Assembly (NCBI GenBank): GCA_973895155.1
Contig: OZ316897.1
Span: 22,853,455-22,917,454, forward strand
Reading direction: 5' to 3'
Source: Marsupella aquatica
Lineage: Eukaryota > Plantae > Marchantiophyta
DNA length: 64,000 nt
Part shown: one piece after another, positions 26,201 through 39,170 of the stretch
Position numbering within the stretch: position 1 is the first letter of the stretch
Layout of the letters: each line of letters opens with the position of its first letter
Made by a program: the position numbers and the translations under genes
Notes under the pieces: model-generated
What the model was told of the DNA's origin: nothing
Databases searched by the model: none
Seen by the model: the letters and a program-made list of their open reading frames with translations, nothing else

Positions 26201-29200
26201 AAGGGGATGTTGGAGGGACTAATTCACTCAATATAGAATTGCATTGTCTGACAATATAAAATCTTTTTCCCGTTGATGAGAACAGCCATTGGCAAACTTG
26301 TTTGCTGCTGTGTGCCGTGAAGTAATCCTTACCAGATTGAAATTATTTGGCTACGTTGGACAACCTCGGAAGTCAATTTCGTATCAGAGGGTTGAAAATT
26401 CAGCGTGGAATTGACCCTTTGGCTAGACATCACACTAATGATCATAGACCAAATAACAATACAATGTAAAGCTGTTCCGTACGGCTGGAGATTTTTCCTT
26501 GAAAGAATTGCAACTCTAACGAGTTGTGCTGTTTTGACCGCTCAATTCAGGTTGCCAGAGCTCCTGATGGGAATGGAGGTGTATATGCAGGCAAGGCTCA
26601 TCGCATTACATTTCTCATCTTTTGAAACTCGTTTGATGGTAGATGAGTAACAAACAGCTTTCCACTGGATCTACGGGTTGGATTCTTCTTGTCCTAAAGA
26701 ATACACTTGCCAAAGAAGTCTGCCCAACGAAGTATGTTGTATCCTTCGGGAAAGTATAGGTCCTCGTTCTTAATCGTTGTAATTACTTCGTTCTTGGGGA
26801 TAACAGGACGCATAGAATTAAGGGTTTCATGGCGTGGTTCTTTCGAGAACATAATTTGAAGATCCCAAACACTGAAATTAGAATGTGTACTCATCGTCTT
26901 GATTGTTAATACATTTGGTGCAGCCCTCAAGAGTTCAGGATGTTTGGATAACATGTCAGCGCGTGGCATAAAGTATGTTGACACGTATAGCGTTGACAAT
27001 GCTTTGGTAAGAAAAAGGACTGTATTTGTAACCCGTTTGGCATTGGAAGGGCGTGGATACCCTTTAGGTGGTTGAGTAAGAAATATAGCGTCGAGAAGGG
27101 ATTTGGCGAGATTTCTCTTCGAAGCTTTTAGGATGCTCAATTTGATGAGTGTTGTTCTTGGTCATTGTTAGGTGAAGCCGCAAAGCTGAACTTCAGAGGT
27201 GGAATCTGAGCTGACTGGGTCCTTTGTTCTTCATGCGTTGCTAGGCTCGTGTTGCAGACCCGCTCTTTCTGGGTTATTGTATTGAGAAGGGTGCACCTAC
27301 TGCTGCAAAAGTTCTCAAAAAGGTAGCCCCCTGATGAAGTAGGTTTTCCATCAGGAAGTGGATCATTTTGGTGGCTCTATTTCATCGTTGTGGAAATAGT
27401 TCTTGCATAACGCAATGGCTTGAAAGATCTGCTTCTGCTTGTGTTTCTTGCCATGTTCTGTTCTGAAGCACTTCAATTTATCGGTTTTGAGTGGCTCTTA
27501 CAGGCATTTCCGGAAGAAAAAGTTGGCGTATTTGCGTGCCGTGGCCGTGGGGGTCCGGTTACTGTTTTGGAATATAGTGAACTTGATCCAACCTTACAAT
27601 TTGCAATAAATCAAGAGACTGGTCGACTTGATTTCAAGTGGAGCAATGTGAGAACTCATATATATTGTTCTTCAATTTATTATTAGTCTATCCGAGTGTC
27701 GAGCGGAGAAACTTTGCTACATCGTACGCTCCTTTGAGGTTTTCAATCCGGCTGCACTTATGAGTTGATATTTGTTTGAACTCAGTGACGGGTGGACATT
27801 GCTGTCTATACTAGTTGCTGGTGCTATTGTAGGGAACTTACGAGTTATGATGTGGCCTCCAGATATGCATGCACCTTTTTTCACTGGACTTTCTGAATAC
27901 GGTAGTGGCGGAACTCGAAAAGGACAGCATGTCGGTAATCTCTCTCTCTTTGCTTTGCATTTCCAATAGTTGATTTCTCAGATTGCAGTTTAGGTCGTGT
28001 CGTCAGTTAAATCTAACTTCTCACCTCTGCCTTCGTCCTATTTGTGGCTCCGGAGCACAAAGATGAGGATGTCAATTCATTACTTGGTGTGGCTGCAATT
28101 TCTTGGTCTTAAATGCCATGTGTTTCATCCTCTTGTTCGCTGCTGTCCTTGCTTATTAGCATTCTGCTTTTCTACGAATGATTTGAGTCGATGACATTTA
28201 TCGTCGGTGTGGATTACTAGAATCATTTTGAGTGTCATAGATGGTTCTTGCTTTGGAGCATAGTTTTCCTCGGGTTGAGAGTGTGGATGTGACTCTTCGT
28301 ATGCATGTGACTTCATTACACTTTTTCTCTTAACTGTGTCTTCTGGAGACAAAGACCTTTTTGCGTTAATGGCGAGTGATTGGCAGTAAGACCAGCTCGC
28401 AATTGGCGATTAGAGAAGCCCTTGATTTTTGAGGTTTCCTATCTTCAGGGATCTAAGACATTGCAAATTCATGACGACAAATTATTGATTTTTTGGATGT
28501 CCAGTTATCACGTGGCTGAGAAGAATATTGAGGCACTAGGTGGCCCAACCCCGGGCATAAAGTTAGAGCAATATATATTTGATTCTCTACCGTATGCCTC
28601 GTCGGTGGCTCTCTTTGAGGTACAGCATTATCATCTTGTTTGCTAGTCATGGATTCCTGGATTGTTTTGGGATATTTTAGCTTACGGTCCCTAGCATAGT
28701 ATGTGCTTTGGCGTGTGTATCTCGGGGCCGTGGCAACCTTTTGGTGACCTGGGCAAGTTGCAACTTGTTTTCTACTGGTTTTGAAAAAAGGTCACTAGAG
28801 AAGAGGAATTTGCGCCAGTGAAGAATGCTCCTGGAACGACCATTGATTCGCCAGACACAGCCCGGACGATGCTGCTCCAACTACACTTGAATTGGGTGGC
28901 TGAGGCTGGTGGGCATGTAGTCAACAAGGGAACAGCTCCTGCAGCTGGTAAGTGGGACGTGTGTCTTTATCAAATTTCCGCTGCATTGGGCTCCTCAGCT
29001 CTGGGCTGGCAACAAAGTTCTGATTTTCTATATATACTTCTGTAGCCGAAATGAGTGAAGCGGACACTAATCTGCGTATGATGGTACGAAAGAATCTCTG
29101 AACGCTTAGATTGTCGCTCTCTGCTTGCTGAGAACGCATTTTTCATAAGGGGTTGATCGATGTGCAGGACTGGAGGTGGCCCCGCTTCTTTCATATGCAG

Positions 29201-29265
29201 GTGAAGGCCTGGAGGAAGTCTGCAACAGGAAAACATTCCATGTAAATATGGAAATAACTCCTTGA
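23289..29265 (+). CDS. UAP1: UDP-N-acetylglucosamine pyrophosphorylase (GlcNAc-1-P uridylyltransferase), 15 exons, 496 aa
   Basis: Exons: 23289-23477, 24165-24222, 24659-24804, 25333-25372, 25559-25651, 25816-25922, 26079-26153, 26551-26590, 26924-27006, 27245-27322, 27504-27647, 27863-27930, 28505-28619, 28791-28947, 29168-29265; total 1491 nt in frame. Motifs: LLLSGGQGTRLGSSEPKG, IPWYIMTS, APDGNGG, VDNAL.RVADP, EYSE, KLEQYIFD, EEFAPVKNA, SYAGEGLE. Confidence 0.96.
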
Positions 29266-30902
29266 GGGTGAGTAACTTCGATATCCTTAAGTGTTGGGAG
29301 TATTATAGTTTCCGGATCTTGGCAAAGATATTGCTTAGAAGAAAATTCCTCACGCCAACGGTGTACCACCCTTTCAGTCTATCAAATTGTCAGGACAAAC
29401 TTGCCCAATTTTGTTTGTTCTGTCATGTCGAGTGGCTGAGACCTGTGGGTTGTATGTTGCAGTTCTCCGACTGGAAGTGAAGCAGATCAAGTTGCTTTTG
29501 ATGGTGAACCTGGAGGAGCCGCTTGTTATAGAATCAGCTTCTTGATCCAATTACGTCTCGTTCTTCTTAGGAAACTATTGCATAGATCAATTAGACAAGA
29601 GGAACTACCAGGCCCCAGAGGTCAACTTCCCAATGACTTTAAAGTGGGATGAGTTAGTCCTCGGAGGGTTCTGCTAGTTTTTCAGGTTTAGAATGTCAAA
29701 GGGCAAGGATCCCCAATCTTTTCGCATTGATGTGGTCATGGTACTTTTCGTGAAGTTCGTTCACAGTGTACCTGAAATGTTTTGTGCAACCAGAGTTGCG
29801 CGGGCATGAATAAGAGCCAGTAGTTCAACGTAAAAAGTATTAGCGTCGTGATGATAAACTTCAAACAGGGGAAGCCTACTCTCAGCGAGCTTTTCTGTTT
29901 CTACGGCAGACCTTTCGGTACAGAAGTCTCCTCTTGATGTTGACCTGATACAATTCTTTATAACCGTTTCTCAGGTTGTTGCAAGTCCTCGTCAAGTTCT
30001 CAATTGTTTGTCTTGTGCTGTGTCTACTCTTGGAATGATCTGTTAATGTCATAGGCTTTGTGATGTACTTGTATTTTTACAGTTTTAAATGATGTGTTAT
30101 GGACATACGAAGCTGCCCAGAACAATATTCATTTTAGAGTTTTCTTCTCTTCTTCTTCGTTGGAATTCTGTTTGTCCTCGCATATTCCGCATTATTGGAC
30201 ACAGAGGACGAGCACACAGACCAGGTACCTGACAGGGAAACACAACCCAAACGGACCGAGCGTCGGCGTGCATAAGAGACAGAATTGCGTCCAAACGCGT
30301 AGCTCACAGATGGAAACGAAAACCCCAGTGGACCGGCGTGGGTGCGAGACATGAAAGAGTCAGTCGGGTAGCGTCTCACAGAGGGAGACAAAACCCAGAA
30401 GAACAAGGGTCGGCGTGCAGACGAGACACGAAGGAGTCAACTCACTGAGATTTGATGATTTCAGCAGTAAAACGAGGTGGTTGACCAGGTTAGTGGGTGA
30501 TGAACGTCCCCATGAGGCTCGTCAGTGCTCGGGTCCCGACCAGGGTTCCTTTCAGCGAATCAAACCCACCAAACCCATCCGAACGCACCAAACCCTCTTT
30601 CGCCACGTTACCGTGTAGACGACCGACATTCCCCTAAATGTTGAAGAAGCCTACTATGGGTGTGGTGGGACCGGAGGGACTTCCAACCAAACCTCGTGGA
30701 TGTGCCAGAGTGAGGGGTTGGCGCTCCATCACGCTTTATTTTTCCGGTTCGGATCTTCTTTTGGGTGAACTAGAAGCGGAAGTAGGGAGAAGTCGAGGCC
30801 AGATCTTTCGTATAATCGAAATCTGGTCTAATCTGACGTGCTCCATGAAGTGATCTCGCTTTGCCTCTCGTCGTTGGATTAATGCTCGTTCACTGCATAT
30901 GG

Positions 30903-31116
30903 ACTGATAATTGACAGTTGCAGGTCATACACTCACTGTATCTAATTGATAATTGACAGTTGCAGGTCATACACTCACTGTATCTGATTAATAATTGACA
31001 GTTGCAGGTCGGACACTCATGTGTGCAGAGCATGTATTCTTCATTCATTAACACTACTCCCTGGTTTTATATATCTCACATGGCCAAAAAACAAAAGGCT
31101 CTCAACCAGGAGACTG

Positions 31117-31162
<46 letters not shown>
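30903..31162. repeat. Three ~43 bp tandem copies (ataattgacagttgcaggtc...acactca) plus (TA)n microsatellite
   Basis: Copies at ~30905, 30947 and 30990; (TA)n at ~31120-31162. Confidence 0.85.
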
Positions 31163-31165
<3 letters not shown>

Positions 31166-32206
31166 GGCCAGAAAGCAAGAGGCTCCAACCAGGAGACACA
31201 ACCCAGAGGCAAAAGGATAAATAAAAGAGGAAGCAACAAGGGAAAGCCCTAGAAGACCAACAACCAGGAACTAGAAACTAAAACAACCTTCCCTAATGAC
31301 TGAAGATCCTGGTATAGCTTTAGGGTAAACTGCATTGGAGGGTCCCATAGAGGAACTTGACTAAGGCCCAAAAAGAACCACCTCACCCATAGGAAGAGTA
31401 GTGAATGCTTGAGACCTTTGCCTAAAGAAGGTCAAGATCACACAAATTGAGGGTTAAGGCCTCCATTCTACACAATGTACTGCCACAGGCTCATAAGAAA
31501 TTGTCAAACATTGGATGTATGGCAGCAAAGACTTCCAAAGCAACTGGGTAAAACAGGTCTCTGGGGTAACTCTCAACATAGGTCTCCTCCTTAAACCCCT
31601 GGGGAGCCCTAGCAGTGGCATGGCCCGGTAGATTAGCAGCCACGGCAACATTGGTTCCACCAGTAAAGTCAGCAACAACTACATTCCCAAAACCTCGTAT
31701 TTGAGGAACTCTTTATTGTATGACTGAGAAGGGCTCATGGAAGCAAAGGATCTAAAGAGAGAAATGGATGAGAAATGAAAAATTCACCTGGTTTTATTTT
31801 TTGAAAACCACACTGGTTTTTGAAACACCCAATTGTAGATCTTTCTTTTAGGCCATAGAGTGCCCTATGTGAAATGGACGGTTAGACGCAATTAAAGCAG
31901 CAATTGCGTTGTAAGTGCCAGGAATTTTGGCTTACCTGCTTAAGTGTGGGCCAGCCATTTAAATACACCAAAATTTTATATACAAGAAAAAATGTAGTTT
32001 TCATAAGTGCAAGTTGAGCTTCAAAGAAAGATGCTAAACTAGCAAGTGTATTTTTTATTTATAAGTGTACACATGCATTATCAGTTATTGTAACCTATAT
32101 ATGTAAGAAAAATTTATTGATAAATGCAAGAGACAAATATATAAAGTGGTTTTATAAACTTATCCAATTGAATCAGCCACTGCAATATAAGAAGTGATCA
32201 GTGCAG

Positions 32207-33067
32207 CGGACAATTACATAATGTAGTTTCATGGACTTATTCTGCGAGAGTTATTCTAAATACACATCTGGCGGACAATTACATAATGTAATTTCATGCA
32301 CTTATTCTGAGAGAGTTATTCTAATAGAATAATAGTGTATGAAACAGTTATTCTAAATACACATCTGGGCCTCCGCTTTTGATGTGCAATTAACGGGACC
32401 CCAAACATAGTGGAGGAAGTGGATAAGTGCACGCTGGTGGGTCTTTCCGTGGAGACTTAACTTAGAAGACATGGTAGACCATTGAGGCGGCTGTAGAGAT
32501 AGACGAATTCAATCTACAGCATTGCAGAAACCCAACGCCATACAGTTCAATCTTTGCTCTACCGTTTCATTGCATCTACACCCTAGCGGCTGTAAGATGG
32601 ACGAATTCAATTTACAGCATTGCAGCAACCCAACGGCACATGCTTCTACTTTGCTCTGCCGTTTCTTTACATTATCTAGACCCCAAGATGACCAGAGATA
32701 ATCTTCAGAGCAAGACTCTCTAACGGTCACCAGTCTAGAGCGCCCAGAACGTGTCAACTGATTGGCATGAAGTTTCCGTAGTAAACTGTTGTTCTGCATG
32801 GGGTTGTGATCATTCAGTTCCTGAAGTAGAAGGTCTTGGTGAGGATGCCAGGGGTCTGCAGATTTTGAAAAAGATAATGCAGGATTTGTTGAAAGTGGAC
32901 CAAAACAATCAGTAAGGACTTGTTAGGCAGGGATCAAATTGCCAGGCCTCAAGCGAATGACCAGCCAAAGATGTATGCCAGTGATGACATGATCCGGGTC
33001 CAGAATCAACACAATGCGAGCACGAGTGAGACTCCAGAATCAACACAATTCGAACACGAGCGAGACT
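32207..33067. repeat. Cluster of local duplications between the convergent UAP and DUF616 genes
   Basis: ggacaattacataatgta...gagagttattctaa x2 (~32208, ~32273); cggctgta...gacgaattcaat.tacagcattgcag.aacccaacg x2 (~32488, ~32587); tccagaatcaacacaat.cga.cacgag.gagac x2 (~32999, ~33033). Confidence 0.8.
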
Positions 33068-33731
33068 AACATTGCAGAACTGAACTGGATAGAGAAATCT
33101 GAAGATCCGTCTGGGTCAAAAAATATTCTGGGTCGAACGTACTGTACAGCAATGGTCATCACCACAAAAAGCTAGTGGGTGAGACACAATTTCCCTGTAT
33201 TGTGTGATTCGCGCTCCAAGAATTGTTACGCTTGAAATCGGTGATGTAACAAAGATGGTGATCCTATACTTTTGAGCACCTTTCCATAGGCAAATTGGGA
33301 GCCTAGTAGATTTCCCTGAGAGTGTCGGACTACCGACAATGGTAGAAATGAATGGTTGATTTCTAACTACACTCATCTGTAATATGGCGAGTGATTTAAG
33401 GGGCTAACATAAGAATGAACAAATAAGAGAACTGGATTTCTACCAATTACTCATCTGCAAAATGATAGCCTAAAGAGGTTCGCAATTAGGCGGATCTCTG
33501 AATTCTTCAACAGTGTTGATCTTTGGTGAGGAATGAGTGGTATGGGTGAGTGGTGATCGCTCTACTTGAAACCAGCTTGGCTTAAAAAACGATTTTGAAA
33601 TCCAGGATTGTTTCATCCTTGTGTGCGTTTAAGTAAGCCAGATGACTTGCTTGCATCTTGTCGAATGTATACCACTTTCACCCTTGGAGGTAATTAATAC
33701 ATGGGGAATTCCTTGAACAGTTTCACCAAAA

Positions 33732-36700
33732 TCAGGACATGATGGCCGACTTGGCCCTTTTTGATCCCCGTTGCGCCTTTTTCAGTATCACATCCTTGTG
33801 ATAGCCCTGCACATTGTTCAGTATTGAGGAATCAGCAGCAGACTACATGAATTAACGAAACCAGGGTCCCCACAGCCAAAATACTTGCAAAATGTGCTTT
33901 ACGAACCCTCCACAAACCCCTCCCACCCAAATGTCAACCAAAGAAAAGGATTTGCACCTGGACAACGAAGTTCCTTCGTTCACAATCCAAAAACATGTTG
34001 ACTCGCCATGGTATTTGGGTTACAAGCTTGTTACGCACGACGGCGAAGCTCAATTGATCTCGTGACGTGAATCGATCTACTTCGTTGAACCATAGGCAAC
34101 CAAATAAATTCGTGACAGGTGTGTGCTCTCGAATTATAACACAGCCCTCAGGAACATCTGCTTGACACACGGACAGGCCATATCAGATGAGGCGGACGAT
34201 CAATCTCACCAAAGCCACATACTTAAATTTCCTTGATTCGGGAGTTGGAGAGGCCACATACCGCTAACGATTGGCAGCTTCTCCTGATTATAAGGGGTCA
34301 ACCCTTCACTCCGATAAAAATCTACTTGAGCGTCAATAGAGACATTGTCATACTTTCCAGCAGCTTTATTGGCTTCAGCCTCCACAAAGACGTCGAAACG
34401 AGCGTAGTGCTTGGAAATTGCAAAGGTATCATTGGTTCTCCACAAGAATCTGCACGAGACGAGCTTTTCAGTATACCAAATGACGACTTATTATCTTCGA
34501 TAGAATGCATTAAACTCGAATCGAACTTTCGGAGAGTCTGCATTAGCAGATTCTTCACACAGGGCCAACTATGATGACCCTCTCTACGGATGTAATACCC
34601 AAGGTTGGGAATCTGATCCCCCACAACCGCTAAGTCAATTATGACACTTGTTAGGCGGGAACATTGCAAACTCTACAATCACATGCTAAAGCTCTTGTCA
34701 GGCACGTCGGCCCAACAGCTTTGCAGAAAAATCAGGACTTCATTTTTGCTAGAAATGACGAACTGGAACGGAAAGAGAATATCAGTCCTATGGAACTAGT
34801 TCAGGCTGAACTGGCATATCTGCATAACTGCAGCGTACGCAGGTTCTGCATTAGTCTTTAAACCCATCGGGATGATCAACTTCAGATTACGATATTTAAC
34901 ATTAGAATTGCTGCACGGACCTTTCTAGAATTTGATAGGGATCCGCTATTAGCTCCAGCTTTCCATCCACCCACAGTGAAAACCGAGCGTTTGGAAATAA
35001 TCTATGAATCAATAATTTTGGAATCTGCAAAGCAACCAGGGAATAGATGAGGTGAGTCATTCAGCTTACTTATGCTTAGTCTCGCAACATCCCTAATTCA
35101 TTCAAAATGGATCCAGCGACATTTATGAAAAGGAAATGCAAGAGCGGCTTAGTAATAAATTGGTTGTTTGCATGTGAACACCATTGACCTGAGAAGACAC
35201 GTTACCTTGCCATTGCGTCGTGCATCAGAGTACGGAAGGTTGTGGACAACAACCATATTCCACAAACCAATTTTTCTTGTACTTTGTAAATTTGCATTAT
35301 TGAGTAACGCTGCGCCTGTTTCCTCATCAATGAACATGAAAAAGCAGACATTTTTCCTTGCCTCCTCGCTTATGTTCTTTGGTTGTTGCAACTCATCATA
35401 GTTTCCTGCACAATTCGCTTGTGGCTTCAGAAAGGAACGCTCAGCATTGTCAAAGATTTACCTCTCCGAAATCACCGAGGCACCACTACGCATGCATAGT
35501 ATATGCATTGTAATACTTCAGATATAAGATAGCACACCTTCAAGACTTACCAAAAATAGCCGATCCCACTACAATTCCATGGCATTTGTGCATCTCCGCT
35601 CGATCTTCATCAGAAATGTCAAATCCACTTCCGAGCCCTGGCTCGCTTCCTTTCACAAACCTGGAAAGTTAACAAGCACAAGATTAACGTCTCCGGATAT
35701 TCTCGAGTTCACAAGTTCGTGCTAGTATACTAATCTGCTCTGTTTATTTACCATTTTGGATATGATCAAACCAATCTACCAACTTGTACATCAGGGAAAG
35801 TCGAAGTCCAGGACTCTGACCCGCAGTGCACTGCCATGTCTTCTCGAATGTGATGGGACTGATTTCGGCCTTCCAAAGTTGGATGGCCTCCAAATTCTGA
35901 TCCAGTACTCGATGCAAGAGAGGCCTCTGCACTATTCGACTCTCCAAGGAATGTCAGATTCCTCAACACCTGAGTAGATATCACCCCAGGAGGTGGCATT
36001 GCTTGAATTGCTTGCTCGACTGGAAGATAACATACTGGGCAAGCTGCACATAGCAAATTTGAGGATTAGAGAGTCCGAGACTTGCTCAGAGCATGGTATC
36101 CAACTCTGAGGTAAATAATACTACTCTAGCCAATCTTCCTGAAGGTGGAGGATAATCACAGCAACAAAATTCTTCAACAGGAGACAGGACCAAATGGAAT
36201 GCAGTTGCTTACGACGGGGTCCAGTCCGTTTTTTGTCGGCTGGTGGAGGAGGGATTGAAAAACCCTGACACGGATGATTCAGGGGAAGGGCCGGATCGTA
36301 GTACAATGTCGGTGGAGAGGTACTTGACACAGGGGTTTTGCTCCGTTTCACGTGATACTGGGACGAATCTTCAGTGTTCTTGTAGTCCTGCAGTAAGGAT
36401 CCTGACAAGGTGTCATCCCTAGTGTCCAGCAGAAACTTCCGCATCTGCTCAGTATCCCTCCGATCGTCTGGACCCAAGATGTGCTCTCCCAAGGTATTGT
36501 GCACTGCTGTGAAGAAAACCCTCCCTTCCTCCAATTCTCGAACTGCAAAGATGCCAAGAAGATGAAAGGACAAGAGTCAGGAAGGCCTCCTCTCGCATCA
36601 CAACAAAATCCAAAGCCGAGCACCCACAAGAGATTGGCATGGCTTTCGCGTTTGAAACACTACAATTCAGGATTCCGGACAGCAAATCAATGTCGCCCAG

Positions 36701-37693
36701 CGATCAATCCGGGTGGCAAAACGACTCATCAATTACGTGATGACCAGAGTGGGAGTCCTGATTGGGAGGAGGGTACGTTTCCTAATTTCTATAGGTCACA
36801 AATCCGCATACGACATCTGCCGAGCGAGGAGTGAAAGCAGATTCCAATAGGAAGGTTCTCATCACTTTCATCAGGGGCCATTCCTCAATTCTTCTGCATT
36901 GGTGAGCTATTACATCATTCCTGCTTCCAAGTCACTCACTTGCGGGCTGCTATTTGCCTGCGGTGGTTGAATCACAGCGATTGACCAATTCACCTCTGCC
37001 ATCTGAACTATGGGCTACGTCAGTTGCAGAACGGACACTTGTAACCGTAAAACCGGCGGCTTGGATGGCCAATCTCAGCGAAAGTTTTGTGAATTTCACG
37101 CGGCGGGAGATCTCGTGACGCCAGAGAGATCGATTGATCCAGTTGAGTTTAGATTCAGATCAGGGGGGAATTGGATGCAATCCATCCCCACCAAGCCGAA
37201 ATGGGTGACACGGGAGGGACTCGCCCATGTCGTCCCCTGAAATCCGCAGATCTTCTCTCTGCTGATTTTCCCAATCTCACAAACGAATGAGTCCATTTCC
37301 GTGTGAAACCTGCGAAAGGACCTACTGCTACACACTGCATTATCCATTCGATCAAAATCTGCGGCCCGTAACGCTCCGTGTGGGCCAAAAGGAACGAATC
37401 CTCATCTGATGAGACGTTGCAGACACTCCTGAAACCGAATCGCTTGGAATTCGCAGCTACGGAAGAAGAGAGTAGATGAATGAGAGGCGAGCAAGAGAAG
37501 AAGATGGGAATAGATACGAACCATGAAACTTACCGAAGGAAGACCGCTGGAAGTGGAAGGAGATGATGTGAAAGTTGTTGACGATCATTAGGAAGGAGAG
37601 AAAAGCTAGCATCGCGGCAGCCCACATGCCGGCGCTCTTAGACGTCAGCCAGCGGACCTGCCGCAGCCAGTTCTTACTTGACTGCTTTCTCAT
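33732..37693 (-). CDS. MUCI70: DUF616 (TOD1/MUCI70 family) type II membrane glycosyltransferase, MUCI70-like, 9 exons, 529 aa
   Basis: Exons (minus, GT-AG): 37534-37693, 36213-36542, 35821-36043, 35551-35660, 35206-35405, 34921-35024, 34262-34449, 33958-34157, 33732-33806; total 1590 nt in frame. Motifs: HPCQGFSIPPPPADKKRTGPRPCPVCYLPVE, HCGFVKG, VCFFMFIDEET, NLPYSDARRNGKIPKLL, WVDGKL, DVPEGCVIIREH, CLWFNEVDRFTSRDQLSF, FLDCERRNFVVQ; N-terminal TM segment. The start codon is the least certain part. Confidence 0.93.
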
Positions 37694-38924
37694 TTCTTCT
37701 TCTTCTTCGTCTCCTCCATCATTTCTCCCTTCCCTTCTGTCCCTTCTCGCTTCCCTTCCTGACTTCACTTCACTTCTCTCACTTACCGTCTCTTCTCTTC
37801 TCCTCTCCTCACCACTATGGCCCTACTTCTCCTGCTGCGCTGCAGATGCTCACAACTCGTCCTCCTTCTAGGCCTGGCCGCAACCACCGGAGCAAATGCT
37901 CACTACAGTCTTTCCACCAACAGCCCCTCCTCTCCTCCTCCTCGTCCTCCTCCCCTTCCGTCTCGCTTTTTCTTCCGGTGCATGCTCGCTGCAACATCAA
38001 CATCAACAACAGCTCCTGTTGCAACGACGTCGACTCCATCTATTTCCTTCCGGCCTGGCCATTCCTCCCCTCCTCTCTCGAACCCTCACTCCTCTCCTTT
38101 CTCAACAACACTCCTTTGCTTTGCTTTTCGCTGGAATCACAAACTCAGCTTCCGAACAGTACGGGACAATGATATTAATGATGGTGACGATCTTCCGCAA
38201 TTACCGCCCCTATACCTTTTCCCCGGCGCTCGCCTTTCCTTCTTCCGCTTCGTCCGCTTCTGCTTGGCTCCCGCATGAGCACCATCCCTCTCTCCTCGTC
38301 AATTACGTTAGCAGAACCCGAACCGGATGACGCTGGTGTGGTCGTTGTTGTTGTAGACAATCGTCACTCTCTCCTCTTCAATTACACTAGAAGAACCCGA
38401 AGCGAATCGCGCTGTTGGGTGCTGTTGCTGCTGTTGTCTCGTTATTGTTGCAACCGACGCAGGTACTGTTTCAGTAGTTCAAAATGAGGATGAATGAATT
38501 GAATGACTGTCCACGCGGGGGACCAAAAAGGCACACGGAGTGCACGAGCGACCGACGACTGTGTCCAACCGGACGGCAAACAGACCAACTCATACGCAGC
38601 AGAGCAAAGCGAAGCAAAGCAAAGCCAAGCACACCGAAACGAAACAAAGCACGCTCTACAGTCACAAAAGGCTACCAACGTAATGGAATCGAATCAAAGC
38701 CAGCCAACAAAGTCGCCCACAAAGTGCGCCCGATCGATAAATTTATCCCAGGCCCCTTCCCTTCCCTTCCCTTCCCTTCCCTTCCCTTCCATTTGCCTTT
38801 GCCTTTTGCCCGCTGCCTTGCCTTTCTCCTCGGCCTTGCCCCAAACCACTTCTATCTACTCTAGCATATATACATATATACCTCAATCATGCGCGCTGCT
38901 GACCCAACTCTCATGATCACCGGG

Positions 38925-39170
38925 CGGGCGGGCACTCGGGCAGCCGGCACTCGGAGCTCGCAGTACCATAGTCGGGCACGGGTATGGGTATGGGGCAGGC
39001 ACTCGGCAAGGGCAACTAAACAAAGCCCAGCGAACAGGCCCTGGGCAGGGCTGCACTCGGCAAGGGCAACGAAACAAGCCAGCGAACAGGCCATGGGCAG
39101 GCAGTCGGCAAGGTCAAGGAAACGAAACGAAACGATACGAAACAAGCCAGCGAACAGGCCAGGCCAAGAC
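38925..39170. repeat. ~50 bp GC-rich tandem repeat upstream of the DUF616 gene
   Basis: gggcagg..cactcggcaagggcaac.aaacaagccagcgaacaggcc repeated about 3 times (~38993, 39043, 39095), with partial gcactcgg copies at 38932 and 38948. Confidence 0.8.

Noticed and set aside
23289-37693. UAP plus MUCI70-like gene as a functional glycosylation cluster
   Set aside because: MUCI70 is reported as a pectin RG-I galacturonosyltransferase using UDP-GalA, not UDP-GlcNAc. Adjacency of two housekeeping genes is not evidence of a cluster without synteny or co-expression data.
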